From a virus: 64,000 bases of DNA. A model generated the notes under the pieces. The model did not search any database. It saw only the letters and a list, made by a program, of their open reading frames with translations, and was not told where the DNA came from. The stretch lies in IMG/VR virus record IMGVR_UViG_3300025483_000873; one strand, 5' to 3'. Shown piece after piece: positions 36,001-44,682 of the stretch. The translations under genes were made by a program, and so were the position numbers. Position 1 is the stretch's first letter, and each line of letters starts with the position of its first letter.

Positions 36001-37482
36001 CAAACAAATGCTTCATTTATTACTGGATTTGACTTCGATTACAACGGTGAATTAGATCCTGTATCAAGTGTACTCATTACTGATGCACAAGTTCAGAAGA
36101 TTGTTTCTGACGGTACTGACATTGTTACTATTCATTGGCAGAGTGAAACAAACTCTACATTGAATATTGATTATGGTGAGTTTATCAGAATCTCTGGCAC
36201 AAACATAAGTGAACTGAATGGTGATTGGCCTGTACAATCAAGCATTGTTGCTAATGATAGTACGGTAGAAGTTAGACTTTCTAATACACTTGCTGCTGCA
36301 GAATATCTCTGGTCTGATCAATCTGATGATGCAGAAGTTAGACTGCAGAGTGCATCTGGTCTTCTTGCTGATACTGCTAATGTTCGTATTGGTATTTCTG
36401 AATTCGGTGGAGTTTTAACAACTAGTGATTACTTACTTCTTTCTAATAGTGAGATTGTTAAAGTTGTTGAACTGGTATCTACAGACATTCAATCATTCAT
36501 TGTTACTGACGGTGGTACACCAGAGTCTGTTAACTTCAAGATCGAATCTACAACCGGTAATACATTCGGTAGTGGAGATCTTAACTTTGGTCAAGGATTT
36601 AATAAGTTAGTTGTTGATGGTCCTACAGGTAATACTGCTATTGCGGGAACACTTACTACCGAGAACACACTTACGATCAACGGTTCTACAATCGAAGGTC
36701 AGCAGTTCTTTACAATCACCAACGGTGGTCCTTCTTACCTATCTGATGGAACAACGGTTGCAGTTCCATTCAGAAAAACATTCGAGATTGATACTGCAAC
36801 AGGTGATTTAACCTTGAATGGTGGTAACTTCAATATCTATGGTGTTGATGGAACTACACCGAGACTTACCTTTGATAATTCTTCTGGAGACTTTACCACA
36901 TATGGTTCATTCTCTGCTTTAGGAACAGGAACAAGTACATTTGGCGGATCATTAGCAATTGCTGGTGATGTTACGATCAATGGTGGCGACCTAACTATTA
37001 ACTCTGGAGGAAACCAATCCTTCGCTATTCGTGCTGATAAAGCGATTACACTTGGTGGAATTACTAACTACTTCTCACCCACAGGTGGTCGAAGATGGGA
37101 TTATTCCGATTCCTTTGAAGTTGTTGCAGAAGCAAACGTAAATTACTTCCTAAACGTAAGTCAGAACACTGTTGTTAAACTTCCTGAAAATGCCCAATTG
37201 GGCGACATGATTAGGATTATAGATATTGGTGGTATCTTGACTTATAACTTATCACTTGTTGTTAGAGCACCAAGTGATGTTAGAGTTCAGAATTCTGCTG
37301 ATAACACAGGATCTATAATGCTTTCTGGTAACTCCGCAAGTCTTTCTGGATATAATGGTGGTGAACTTATTGTTCAAACACCTTATGCAGGATTTGCTCT
37401 TGTGTATGCAGGATCATCTGATGCGGATGGCAACACTGCTGTTTCTACCTCCAAAGTTGGTTGGTATCTAATCGAAGTATAA
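27037..37482 (+). CDS. giant virion structural protein (3481 aa; tail/baseplate-associated)
   Basis: Late promoter; YVSPDDFNATD...PFKTIQRA N-terminus typical of cyanophage structural proteins; C-terminal LP..A.LGD.IRIID...FALVY resembles T4 gp9/gp10-type domains. Confidence 0.8.
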   Translation: MPLTRLDNLYSSKTGKYLYVSPDDFNATDELDNRGNSPLRPFKTIQRAFIEVSRYSYLPGKDNDRFDQFSVMLMPGNHFIDNRPGLVDAATPVSRNFDAGNLIEANTQEIIDRAAAEIAVQHPDFYYPGDNQTDDGSRYADSYRLIQLNRQEIIDNAYAVVAANPPVPAPPDLENKCKIDIGRFIDAVSLDVAQAGGNVYTRKLLQNYFNEAGTAWIDDSLEGEVTESIAAFESARDNMLLAITNQLTVKDLTITADPATGDNEDPASCADVQTFINNLTTVVTTVLSAENLSNLPAETVSDHETAGETKCKRDLGYVVEAVIADIRNGGNANTISATKNYFDRDGNPVADGLVGEITESVTSFNKARDMMKLAVTNSLYEKDLTISPGPAIAGQATPTIEYNASGNIATCVDVQSSITTLVAILTDTLTAGTLTGLAAVQVTGTVPVFDYNRALEEWQDDSILDLSNPDNVLYKFNSTTGGTIVPRGCSLIGYDLRRTIVRPLFVPDPVDGAYGRTSIFNLTGGCYLWQFTIKDGDLSENSPLYDQADRVGKVYNNPSDFSSLAIPEYSHHKITIMTYADNAELDRYYEKVGRAFAQFQPTIDDGDLEALVQENRIVGPLSDTRTIESIEIVDIAPGSSARITVSTKIDHGYFRGQYIAVINSGLSENVNGTFKVDTVDQDNPKVFSYTIPINAAGLGLVSGTTYTAANGLGTNGVIQAEIDSVESASPYVFNCSIRSTWGQCGMWADGSKATGFKSMVVAQYTGVSLQKDDRAFIRYDRFTNTWNQAALTDAFATIPYHTKGDAYWKDDWRNFHIRATDDSFIQCVSVFAVGFHDHFLMESGGDMSITNSNSNFGNTSLHAIGFKGFSFNQDKGGYIDAIIPPKVVNTSATAIVKQQYYTIDIEASNDQGNNTSLYLAGDTNQDPANRPAATIGGYRIGAKTGDRLYVKLPSGGVGGKQTYSAELSPSGFQTFTTSLSTLTPAGLNINLDVDGDGNDDFNYAQDAANQIERNRVWLQQETYGHITAKYPALLTNPNITIGKCERDIGYFVDATVKDLRLGGNINTILAAEGYLVGGQLDFIDNELTETLEAYDYLKRLMIGAMRNFNFLIKNCTTTDGSATVVVGDTSGLVPGMRVIEYDQDDYTNGLLDDGAVSLPDNINVNTAIIGEIVNSTTITLVDQATGVAYNAVGTTNTAWLYFENLSQYAQTFQYANNDITQDTNYPECANIATAIEGYFDNVNLVLSGNGSQAVRVEAPIESRSLTGRATLFSINTGGLQSDPHGLQTGTPVRLVPRALTVDTDKRLVRLPRGFETNRPYYVIAPGRDTYPYSFNNTSEFDTTAGTGLLLAATKENAAAGIYIYSPETEAIDPGVEIVLQQYVLDESYDLHRYVTNVSGIYLETDIPHIFDVPLPNVPAQTIFFRTSSDANSLLPDIAGGGPVETDVYYYPRYVTKTKFSVHTSQADAQAGVNAVIFTANSGSDFLVYGDKKTSPMKFDASNFNRWYLNVIDESSGGQNQNGILTRFHDPDFVDGTGNLFTPDTWYERYSDDRNELDRIYRLRYVVPQYLDNVREPLNGYVIKTRTDDRRRLRPQKLTLEPYSSGAPAVAQFFNPSQPTEQLGASLADLDTAGIDIGSPEDLYDPYENPLQIEFQSKIATTIQSARTVTNDLGESRLELTVFDHTITNQSLKNEIFTIIEISPPQGAGIEEDLFNSDDDNYVTWSGYCTGSAYVHAYFPAAIEATAFVILKNVTGKLDFNTAGAGYVGNTVTTFTQSNGTFWELLGEPDSWNNITPYRGASRSSRDNFLYRIEGANLYTVVPGDRVTTPGGDTYTVSNISDVPEIEDSFYIFDVEQIQEVIPAQQDGIYYLTAVRGNISPYPTGAGVGDNFRNYKFSQPISNLYPLDYKNDPLWFQVQDNGTRDTSIVDPPASSAAADNYVHGLVTLNDYKYSETKESVSDLLATDPLLSYQFTNTTSNVDGNIVDNRLRAQEGNASIGSENRKIPINGDSVYPLDGRYYVELRRPSIARSGNHTFEYLGFGPGNYSTGFPLRQEVVLTDKQDFYAQAKREDGGIVFYTGLNSNGDLYIGNRKINAITGEETFLEQAVLGDSGDDSDTIGALVTTFDTAVTFNDKVTVEGDLFLNNPVTINVDPFEGDSLRILSLVGAGDDPTLDRSSFRDNKDGDIVLTKNEVKAGVFKLNPRGNVGAQGQVYSIRTHYTGGTPSNVTPNNTGLVANGGSAWYTLQNITYGSSIVPNAGDIIYKGEEVGYSGSLGWIYSNFYTEIADAQIFTITTDNSTAVTIQWSVGISNQDLKVKVGEKLRISSFSNNFFDGTWNVIGAVDAENTCQIRLFNEIAANVYNWVDEGPGAKIEISESIWKETGVLGAEALRTYTNIPGDYKLGVNTVGRTNQEASLTANVSSDSDPRANLDVVGNAFISGKNLVTYDALGAVSANNYLGEPSNNKVYFPLTNAFLVGGDSSDGDDFATLRVSTTDLAVVDQSATYRVGGRVGVNTSIGLDPSTELDKNFVVIGDSRFTGNVQIQDDLSVDGGDLNSTAESFQFLTNNVDFFVGLNQAESIILGNSTTSSQSISLGDSVSSSSTQTVRIGSNAGSTNLKIHERSQNAVVDIATVEDDVTSNCDVRLGGAAPNLASTTYIGTYQTKLAGTLEVAAFAGTSSARIFTPAATLNIGDGQSTTAVKLGVNASQVTIASLGGKTTIRNSLDVLATATVFGNLKLDGGLSAGIVELERARFATSPSDHIVGSLENPNVTFLKFSQTGKVIDTAGVGLWGGPAFLLGGGQIAAIDNINPTQSATWVANTTYSFIEATGGTGQGGLFTIQVLSDGTAVVELVSPGSGYSNNDLLTIPAAVLGNPAGDDLTFQVSGVNAAGNLYNLPITQPSVSDFQIGDLLLIDRADPLSPDSIDGTGATLPKDQSQTEIVQVVGLTNITNPNDPSGFRISVSRADSGTTARTDHPDGCVINKLDKQTNASFITGFDFDYNGELDPVSSVLITDAQVQKIVSDGTDIVTIHWQSETNSTLNIDYGEFIRISGTNISELNGDWPVQSSIVANDSTVEVRLSNTLAAAEYLWSDQSDDAEVRLQSASGLLADTANVRIGISEFGGVLTTSDYLLLSNSEIVKVVELVSTDIQSFIVTDGGTPESVNFKIESTTGNTFGSGDLNFGQGFNKLVVDGPTGNTAIAGTLTTENTLTINGSTIEGQQFFTITNGGPSYLSDGTTVAVPFRKTFEIDTATGDLTLNGGNFNIYGVDGTTPRLTFDNSSGDFTTYGSFSALGTGTSTFGGSLAIAGDVTINGGDLTINSGGNQSFAIRADKAITLGGITNYFSPTGGRRWDYSDSFEVVAEANVNYFLNVSQNTVVKLPENAQLGDMIRIIDIGGILTYNLSLVVRAPSDVRVQNSADNTGSIMLSGNSASLSGYNGGELIVQTPYAGFALVYAGSSDADGNTAVSTSKVGWYLIEV

Positions 37483-37486
37483 AAAA

Positions 37487-38935
37487 ATGCCTTTCTATCA
37501 AGAAACTAAAACTGCAAGAGGTGCTGCTATTGGCACCATTATGCCATGGACTGGGGGATTGACATCAATCCCCTCTGGATGGATTATTTGTGATGGTCAG
37601 AGTATCTCTGCTAATGATTTTCCGTTATTAGCACAAGCAATTGGAGACACTTATAATGCTGGCAACAGCGATTTTGATGGTAATTTTCCTGGTTATGTGG
37701 GTAACATTAAAATGCCTAATCTCAATGGTAAAACATTGATTGATATGGAATCATCATATTTTGCCGAGTTTAGTGCTGGCGGTACTGGTCGTCTTGCGGA
37801 TGTAGATCCAAAAGCATTGATCTTAATGGACCCTATCATCGGAACAAATGAAGATGCTGGAGTAACTACTATTTTTACTGATGTTTTTGTTGATTTAGTT
37901 TTTAATATTAATAATGATGACAGATCTGGATATGCAGGTAGAATACAAGGAAATACAAAAATTGATGGGGAAGGATTTGTAACTATTTACCCTGGACCAA
38001 GAAAGTTAGGTAGAGCGCATATTAAGAGACATACTCATTTAGGATCTTTAGAAACTATTGATAGTCGTAATAATGCGAAACCTGGACAAGGAGTAGTTCC
38101 TTATGATCCAGTTTATTACACTCTTTTTGCTCAAGGTACTGATAACGATGGACAATCGTCCGATAGTGACGATCCCGTCAGTGGTGATGAAGCGAAGGGA
38201 GTGGCGTTTTACTTTGGTTGGTCTGACGACGAAGGTTGGCAAAATGATTCCCCAGCTGGGACGGGCAACGGAACCTCAAACGTCTCTATAACACCTGCTG
38301 GAACCTCTAACATATATGGTGGTATCGTAGCTGGTAGATTGACGACTGCTGGAACGACCGGTGCAAACACCCCTGCACCACAAGATGCTAATGTTGTTGA
38401 TACATGGACTTTACTATGGCCCACTGGCAATGATATTCCTAGTGGTTTTGGTGAAGGTCAACCTGGTAAAACGCTTGGAAAAGCACATTCAGAGCAACCG
38501 CCTATTAATATGAAACCAGCGTTTTTATCTAGAACTCCCCTAACTGAAGAATTTATTAGTGTTGATGGGTATTCTAAATATATTTCGGGCAATGTTCCTG
38601 CGGGTATAGGAGGAAATACTGTTGGCATTCCTGAAGGATTTACAAATTATTATACAACATCTGACAATACCGTTGGTGATACACTTGTGAGTAATCCTGG
38701 ACTTGGTTTTACTGAACTAAATGAATCTCCTGGTGCTCCGATTGTTGCACATACTCATGACGAGTTTGATGTAGCATTTGATAGTAGTAGAATGAGACCT
38801 CAAAGCAACTTAACTGCAAGTGTTAACATGCCAAATGCTACCCTTGATAATGTGGCAAATCGAAATGCATTACAAATTGATTTTAATATTCAACAACCAA
38901 GAGTAACTTCAATATACATTATCAGGGCATACTAA
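37487..38935 (+). CDS. tail-collar domain fibre protein (gp12-like)
   Basis: IGTIMPW.G....P.GWIICDG...FP.L...IG.TY...MPNL; HTH motifs. Confidence 0.85.
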   Translation: MPFYQETKTARGAAIGTIMPWTGGLTSIPSGWIICDGQSISANDFPLLAQAIGDTYNAGNSDFDGNFPGYVGNIKMPNLNGKTLIDMESSYFAEFSAGGTGRLADVDPKALILMDPIIGTNEDAGVTTIFTDVFVDLVFNINNDDRSGYAGRIQGNTKIDGEGFVTIYPGPRKLGRAHIKRHTHLGSLETIDSRNNAKPGQGVVPYDPVYYTLFAQGTDNDGQSSDSDDPVSGDEAKGVAFYFGWSDDEGWQNDSPAGTGNGTSNVSITPAGTSNIYGGIVAGRLTTAGTTGANTPAPQDANVVDTWTLLWPTGNDIPSGFGEGQPGKTLGKAHSEQPPINMKPAFLSRTPLTEEFISVDGYSKYISGNVPAGIGGNTVGIPEGFTNYYTTSDNTVGDTLVSNPGLGFTELNESPGAPIVAHTHDEFDVAFDSSRMRPQSNLTASVNMPNATLDNVANRNALQIDFNIQQPRVTSIYIIRAY

Positions 38936-38936
38936 A

Positions 38937-39836
38937 ATGGTAACGAGAACTAGTAACTATACTCACAACAAATCTAACTGGGGCGGAATTCCCGGAACCA
39001 TTCAAATGCATACCGTTCATGGTTTGGGATTTAACAATGATCCAACTACTGCAATATTTAAAAATACTATGCCTGGGGGATTTTTAAAATGTGATGGAAC
39101 AGTAAAAAATGCAAAAGATTTTTACTTACTGTCACAAATTTTGGGAGTAGGAGATGATTCTAGATTCAAAAAACCTTCGACTAATGTGAGAAATCCTGAT
39201 ATTGCAACAAATGATCTTGGTCAGTTTCAACTTCCCGATTTAGGATCAAAAGTAATTATTGGTAGTAGAGGATCTGGAGAGTATTTTTCTACAACTTTGG
39301 AAGATGATGCTGGTGTTAGTAAAGTCGGTGTTGAAGTAGAACCTCTCACCAATATTGGAGATAGAGCAACAGTAAACTATATCGGAAATATGGTAATCTC
39401 CTCTGATATTGCTAACTTTAATGGAACTCCTAGGTTTAATATTCCTAGAAATACCAGTGCAACCACTCTTTCTATTGATGAATTTCAAGGTCATTATCAT
39501 AATGCTGGTGGCGGCGGTGGATTTACAGTTTTAAATAAAACAGTTACTCATGCTACTGGTGGTGACGGTAAAGGACCTAGAGCTAACACCGCAAATGCTT
39601 CTGCGGGAAATAGTCTAGAAGAAACTTCTTTAAATGTTCCTACAGGTGAACCGGGACACGATCACACAATTACAAGACCCTATACATATACTAGTGATTT
39701 TACATATACGTATAACAATATTGATGTTCCTCTAGATGATATGGAATCTTATGTAGATGTGGATGTTGAAAATTTAAATGTATTAAATCAAGTTGTTACA
39801 CCATTTATTTTAGTTCATTATATTATCAAATTTTAG
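38937..39836 (+). CDS. tail-collar domain protein
   Basis: GFLKCDG...L..ILG...FQLPDL; HYH, HDH; ends PFILVHYIIKF. Confidence 0.85.
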   Translation: MVTRTSNYTHNKSNWGGIPGTIQMHTVHGLGFNNDPTTAIFKNTMPGGFLKCDGTVKNAKDFYLLSQILGVGDDSRFKKPSTNVRNPDIATNDLGQFQLPDLGSKVIIGSRGSGEYFSTTLEDDAGVSKVGVEVEPLTNIGDRATVNYIGNMVISSDIANFNGTPRFNIPRNTSATTLSIDEFQGHYHNAGGGGGFTVLNKTVTHATGGDGKGPRANTANASAGNSLEETSLNVPTGEPGHDHTITRPYTYTSDFTYTYNNIDVPLDDMESYVDVDVENLNVLNQVVTPFILVHYIIKF

Positions 39837-39848
39837 CGGTAATATTTT

Positions 39849-41438
39849 ATGGGAAGCTATTCTATAGGTAGGTCTAGCAGTGGTAATATTCAAGTACCAA
39901 CAGATGTAAAGACCATGACTTATATCACTGTAGCTGGTGGTGGCGGTGGTGGTTACCCTAACATTCCAGTTTTCAGTGGAAACTTTACTGCTCCACAAGC
40001 AGGTGGATATACTTGTGCCGGTGGAGTTATATCTTATGGTGGTGGAGCAGGTAGTTTATACAGTCCTGGATATGGTGGTAGTGGTAACTGGCGTAGTGGT
40101 CAATCAGGTAGATTCGGTGGTGGTCCGTGGAATAGAGCTGCCTCTGGATATTCGAGTTATGGATCTGGTGGATCTGGTCAGTGGAGAGGAGCATCTAGTT
40201 CATATGGTGGAGGAGGCGGTGGTGCATCTTGCTGTACAAAATCTAGAGGAACTAGTGGTGCTATAGCAGGACAAAATGTTTATGTTCGTATAGGATACGG
40301 AGGAACACAAGGAGGAAGTGGTAACTGTAGATATGGTGCTTCTGGAGGATTTTTTGGGTGTGTTTGTACATATGATGCACCGTTACCATCAATCAGTGCT
40401 AATCCTGGTGCTTTTCGATTAAATGGAACTGATGGAAATAATGCTCAAACAACGTTATCTTGGACGGTTGGTGGTGGAGATTCTGATTCTGAAGTATTAG
40501 AAAGACTGCGAAATGGCGCTGTTGTTGAATCATATGGACAAGTAAATAGGACTAATAACTCGTTTGTCGTTGCTCCTACAGAAACTAGTGAATTTAGATT
40601 AACCGCTTCAAACCCTGCATATAGTAGGTCAGATACAGTTCTTGTTAACGTATACATAGAACCGGTAATAACATTATCAGCATCTGCTGGTGATCAGGAC
40701 CCAGAATCCGACCCACCAACTTACACTATAGTACAAGGAAACAGTACTATATTGTCTTGGACTGTAGTTGGTGATGCTAACTCGCTCCTTATTGAACCTG
40801 GTGTTGGTTCTTCTGCTCTTAATAGTCAAGCGGTAGTATCTCCAACCATAACGACAACATATACTGCTACTGCTTCAGGATTAGGAGGAACTGGTTCTTC
40901 TGAATTACTAGTAACAGTTTTGCAACCATCAACTATCAGTGTAAGTGGTCCTCTTAATATATTGTATGGAGAAAATGTACCAATAACTATTACCGCTACA
41001 AATTCTGATGGTGGTATTAGTTACATTGCTGAATATCTATATCTAGATGGAACTAACGAGTTTAAACCTTCTGTAGCAATACCTAATACTACTGGAGATG
41101 AAGTAGAAGTAGATCTATATAATATTCCTATTGAATATAATGATTTTGGTCCATTTAAAGTGCGACTAGTGTTTACTGTAGATGGATATGGTAGTTTGGC
41201 AGCAACTGATACTATTGAAGTTCCTGTCATTATCGACCAACTGCCTGATGCCATTGACATTCCAGAAACTGATGATACTTTTAAGAATGAAGAACCTGTT
41301 GTAACACCTGATGTTGAAGTTACGACAGATCAAATTGTTATTGATGATATTGATATACCTGTTGAAGTTAAAGCAGATTATCCAATACAGATTGAGATTG
41401 ATGACAGCGGAACATTCATTAATGTGAGGGAAATCTAA
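39849..41438 (+). CDS. tail/virion protein, array paralog 1 (Gly-rich N-terminus + Ig-like repeats + conserved C-terminus)
   Basis: Shared LSW...GDA...I.PG.G...VSPT.TTTYT and IDQ.PD.I.IPE.DD...IDIPVE.K C-terminal blocks. Confidence 0.75.
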   Translation: MGSYSIGRSSSGNIQVPTDVKTMTYITVAGGGGGGYPNIPVFSGNFTAPQAGGYTCAGGVISYGGGAGSLYSPGYGGSGNWRSGQSGRFGGGPWNRAASGYSSYGSGGSGQWRGASSSYGGGGGGASCCTKSRGTSGAIAGQNVYVRIGYGGTQGGSGNCRYGASGGFFGCVCTYDAPLPSISANPGAFRLNGTDGNNAQTTLSWTVGGGDSDSEVLERLRNGAVVESYGQVNRTNNSFVVAPTETSEFRLTASNPAYSRSDTVLVNVYIEPVITLSASAGDQDPESDPPTYTIVQGNSTILSWTVVGDANSLLIEPGVGSSALNSQAVVSPTITTTYTATASGLGGTGSSELLVTVLQPSTISVSGPLNILYGENVPITITATNSDGGISYIAEYLYLDGTNEFKPSVAIPNTTGDEVEVDLYNIPIEYNDFGPFKVRLVFTVDGYGSLAATDTIEVPVIIDQLPDAIDIPETDDTFKNEEPVVTPDVEVTTDQIVIDDIDIPVEVKADYPIQIEIDDSGTFINVREI

Positions 41439-43129
41439 TGCCAAGTTATTCGGGAAGGGGATCTGGACAGAGAACTATTCAAATACCAGCAGGATCTACG
41501 AATGTAAGATTTAGTATAGGAGCTGCATCAGGTGGTGGATCAGCATCTACTACATGGAATCATTCTCGTGGTGGTTTTGGTAGATCTGGTGATTTTAGAT
41601 TAACTAGTCGTGACTATACATATAATCTGACGTTTTACATGGGTCGAGAAGGATCAAAAGGACAAGGACCAGCTAACCCTGGTGGATCTGGTGGTTATTC
41701 TCCGCTAGCAAGTGGTGGTAATGGTTACCGTTCTGGTGGCGGTGGAGGTGGAGCATCAGGAGTATATGACGGTGGATTGAACAGATATACTGTCATTGTT
41801 GGTGGTGGTGGCGGCGCTGGTAGATTTGATAACAATACTGGTTATGGTGGATATTATACTGCTGGTCGTGGTATTGGTGGTGGAGGTACAACAAGTGGAA
41901 TAGGTGGAAGAAATGGTGGGAATGCTCCTGCAGGTCACCGTGGTGGTGGTGGTGGAGGATCTTCTACTGGCGGTGCCGGTGGGTTAGGTGGTGCAACAAC
42001 CACCAATGGATATGCTGGTATTGGAGGAAATTCTGCTTGGTATAGCAATGGAAGTTATTATCAATGGACTTATAATAGTGGATATAGTAATTATGGTGAC
42101 GGATTCTATACGTTGTCGTTTGATTATGCTAAACCAAATATTCAGTATTTTACAATTAGTCCTGATCAAATTGTTCGAGGCGGCAGTGCTCAACTAACAT
42201 ATCAAATTACTGGTTATGTAACTACTGTTTCTTTGACTGATTTTGGTGGCAATCAACCACAAAATCAGTCACCTCCTGGCATCACAATACAACCTGTTAA
42301 TGATAGAACATATACATTAAGTGCATTTGGACCTGGAGGAACTACTTCACAATCCATAAGTGTTGATGTTCTTATTCCACCAATCCCTACTCTTACAACA
42401 ACTGCTACTGATAATACAATAATACAAGGGCAATCTACCTTTTTAGAATATACTATTACTGGAGATGTTTCTTTAGCACAAATTTCTCCTGGCATTGGTC
42501 CTATTAATATTCAGTCAACTCCAATCCAAATATCTCCAACTACAACTACGACATATACAATAACTGCTTCTCATCCATTAGCAGGTCAAGGTTCCGATCA
42601 AGTTACTGTTACTGTTATTACACCTCCTGTAATAACATTAACGTATCCTTTATCTGTTGATTATGGTGAAAATATTAATCTCAATGTACAATCCGAAAAT
42701 GCTACCACATCTCTACAATTATTAGTAAGATATTATTACGCTGACAATACATATACTGACTATGAACTTGTGGAAGATCTTCCTATTGCAGATGTAGTTG
42801 ATCGAGATGTGATACACACACCAACTTATAATAATCTTGGACCTACTATTATAGAATATAAATTATATGCTATAGGTGAGGGTTCATTGACTGCGGAAGA
42901 TATTGAACAAGTATCAATCAACATTGACAGAATGCCTGATGCCATTGACATTCCAGAAACTGATGATACTTTTAAGAATGAAGAACCTGTTGTAACACCT
43001 GATGTTGAAGTTACTAGTCAGCGACTTCTTGTTGATGATATTGATATACCTGTTGAAGTTAAAGCAGATTATCCAATACAGCTTGAGATTGATGATAGTG
43101 GAATCTACGTAGATATCAGGGAGATTTAG
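41438..43129 (+). CDS. array paralog 2 (Gly-rich N-terminus)
   Basis: Same C-terminal blocks; 82-nt exact identity with paralog 1. Confidence 0.75.
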   Translation: MPSYSGRGSGQRTIQIPAGSTNVRFSIGAASGGGSASTTWNHSRGGFGRSGDFRLTSRDYTYNLTFYMGREGSKGQGPANPGGSGGYSPLASGGNGYRSGGGGGGASGVYDGGLNRYTVIVGGGGGAGRFDNNTGYGGYYTAGRGIGGGGTTSGIGGRNGGNAPAGHRGGGGGGSSTGGAGGLGGATTTNGYAGIGGNSAWYSNGSYYQWTYNSGYSNYGDGFYTLSFDYAKPNIQYFTISPDQIVRGGSAQLTYQITGYVTTVSLTDFGGNQPQNQSPPGITIQPVNDRTYTLSAFGPGGTTSQSISVDVLIPPIPTLTTTATDNTIIQGQSTFLEYTITGDVSLAQISPGIGPINIQSTPIQISPTTTTTYTITASHPLAGQGSDQVTVTVITPPVITLTYPLSVDYGENINLNVQSENATTSLQLLVRYYYADNTYTDYELVEDLPIADVVDRDVIHTPTYNNLGPTIIEYKLYAIGEGSLTAEDIEQVSINIDRMPDAIDIPETDDTFKNEEPVVTPDVEVTSQRLLVDDIDIPVEVKADYPIQLEIDDSGIYVDIREI

Positions 43130-43131
43130 AT

Positions 43132-44682
43132 ATGGGAACTTCCGGTAATTTACATACATTCGATTCTTTTTACGCTACTTTCAATCCTGGTTATTTTAGA
43201 GCGGATACTTTCTATACTTCAAACCCTGGCGGCGAACAAATCACTGCATATAGTGCTGTATCCACTGGTGTTTGGAATCTTTTTATGTCTGGCAGCGTTC
43301 CTGGAATCGTTGGGGCTGTTGCACCTGTATATCGATATTGGAATCCAACTCAATATAATCACTTTTACAAAACTAATTCCAGCACTCCTTCTGGTTATGT
43401 TTATGAAGGTATTATTGGTCATGCATATACTAGTCCTGGAGCATATCGTGTACCAGTTTATAGATTTTATAATGCTCAACTGGTAGATCATAAGTTTAAG
43501 ACCAGTTCTTCTGCGCCATCGGGATACAGCTTTGCAGGTGTTGCGTGGTATTCTCCTGTATTTGTATATGGTTGTAAAGACTCTAGTGCTAATAATTTTA
43601 ACCCATATGCAAATCAGGTCAGCACAGGATGTACATATAATGTCTATGGATGCACTGATAGTCGTGCTAGTAACTACAATCCAAGGGCTAATGTTAATAG
43701 TGGATGTTCCTATCCTACTCCCAGTATTAGTTTCACAATATCACCATCATCTATTATTCAAGGACAAAATGCTACATTATCTTGGTCTATTAGTAATGCT
43801 ACTAGTAGATCATTAAGTGGTGTAGGTGCTATTGCTGCTAGTGGTTCTACTATTGTATCTCCTAATGATGATACGACATATACTATAAGCGCATCTTATT
43901 ATGGCATCACTAGTAATACTAGTACTAAAACTTTAGTAGTTTATATCCCCCCAAATGTTACGTTATCACTAGCTTCGCAATCTATTAATTTGGGTCAGTC
44001 TACTATATTGTCTTGGACTACTACTGGTGACGCCTCAACTAATAACATACAACCTGGAATTGGTTCTGCTAATTTAGTATCCCAGGTAACAGTTTCTCCA
44101 ACTGTAACTACAACATATACCGCAACTGTGTCTGGTTTGGGGGGAACCGATAGTGATGAGATTACCTTGACTGTATTTCCTCCACCAGAAGTAAAATTAG
44201 ATGGTCCAATAAGAGTTACTTATGGAGAGAATGTTGTGTTAACACATGAGCAAGAAAGAGCTATTGATACATATGAGTTGCAGATTTTACTAACTGATTT
44301 GGATGGTGATATGACTACTGAACTCGTTGATTTAGGAGCGTCTGCGTTGGGCAATGGCACATATATTCATAATGTTCCGTATAATAGCAGAGGACCATCG
44401 TCTATACTATATACTCTATATGCTGTTGGGCCCGGCAATTTGTCAGATTCGGACTCTATTGAAGTTAATATTGATATTGATCAAATGCCATTTAACATTG
44501 AAATACCAGAATCTGATGGCAAGATTAAAAGCGAAGCACCCATTATCTCCCCAGATGCTGAAGTTACTAGTGAGCAAATCCTTATCGATGATATTGATAT
44601 ACCGGTAGCAATCAAAGCAGATGCTCCTATTCAGGTAGAAATAGGCGACAGTGGTGTGTATGTAGATGTGGAGCAACTATAA
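43132..44682 (+). CDS. array paralog 3 (PVYR-repeat and GCxD-repeat N-terminus)
   Basis: PVYRYWN...HFY, PVYRFYN; GCKDSSANNFNP, GCTDSRASNYNP; shared C-terminus. Confidence 0.75.
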   Translation: MGTSGNLHTFDSFYATFNPGYFRADTFYTSNPGGEQITAYSAVSTGVWNLFMSGSVPGIVGAVAPVYRYWNPTQYNHFYKTNSSTPSGYVYEGIIGHAYTSPGAYRVPVYRFYNAQLVDHKFKTSSSAPSGYSFAGVAWYSPVFVYGCKDSSANNFNPYANQVSTGCTYNVYGCTDSRASNYNPRANVNSGCSYPTPSISFTISPSSIIQGQNATLSWSISNATSRSLSGVGAIAASGSTIVSPNDDTTYTISASYYGITSNTSTKTLVVYIPPNVTLSLASQSINLGQSTILSWTTTGDASTNNIQPGIGSANLVSQVTVSPTVTTTYTATVSGLGGTDSDEITLTVFPPPEVKLDGPIRVTYGENVVLTHEQERAIDTYELQILLTDLDGDMTTELVDLGASALGNGTYIHNVPYNSRGPSSILYTLYAVGPGNLSDSDSIEVNIDIDQMPFNIEIPESDGKIKSEAPIISPDAEVTSEQILIDDIDIPVAIKADAPIQVEIGDSGVYVDVEQL

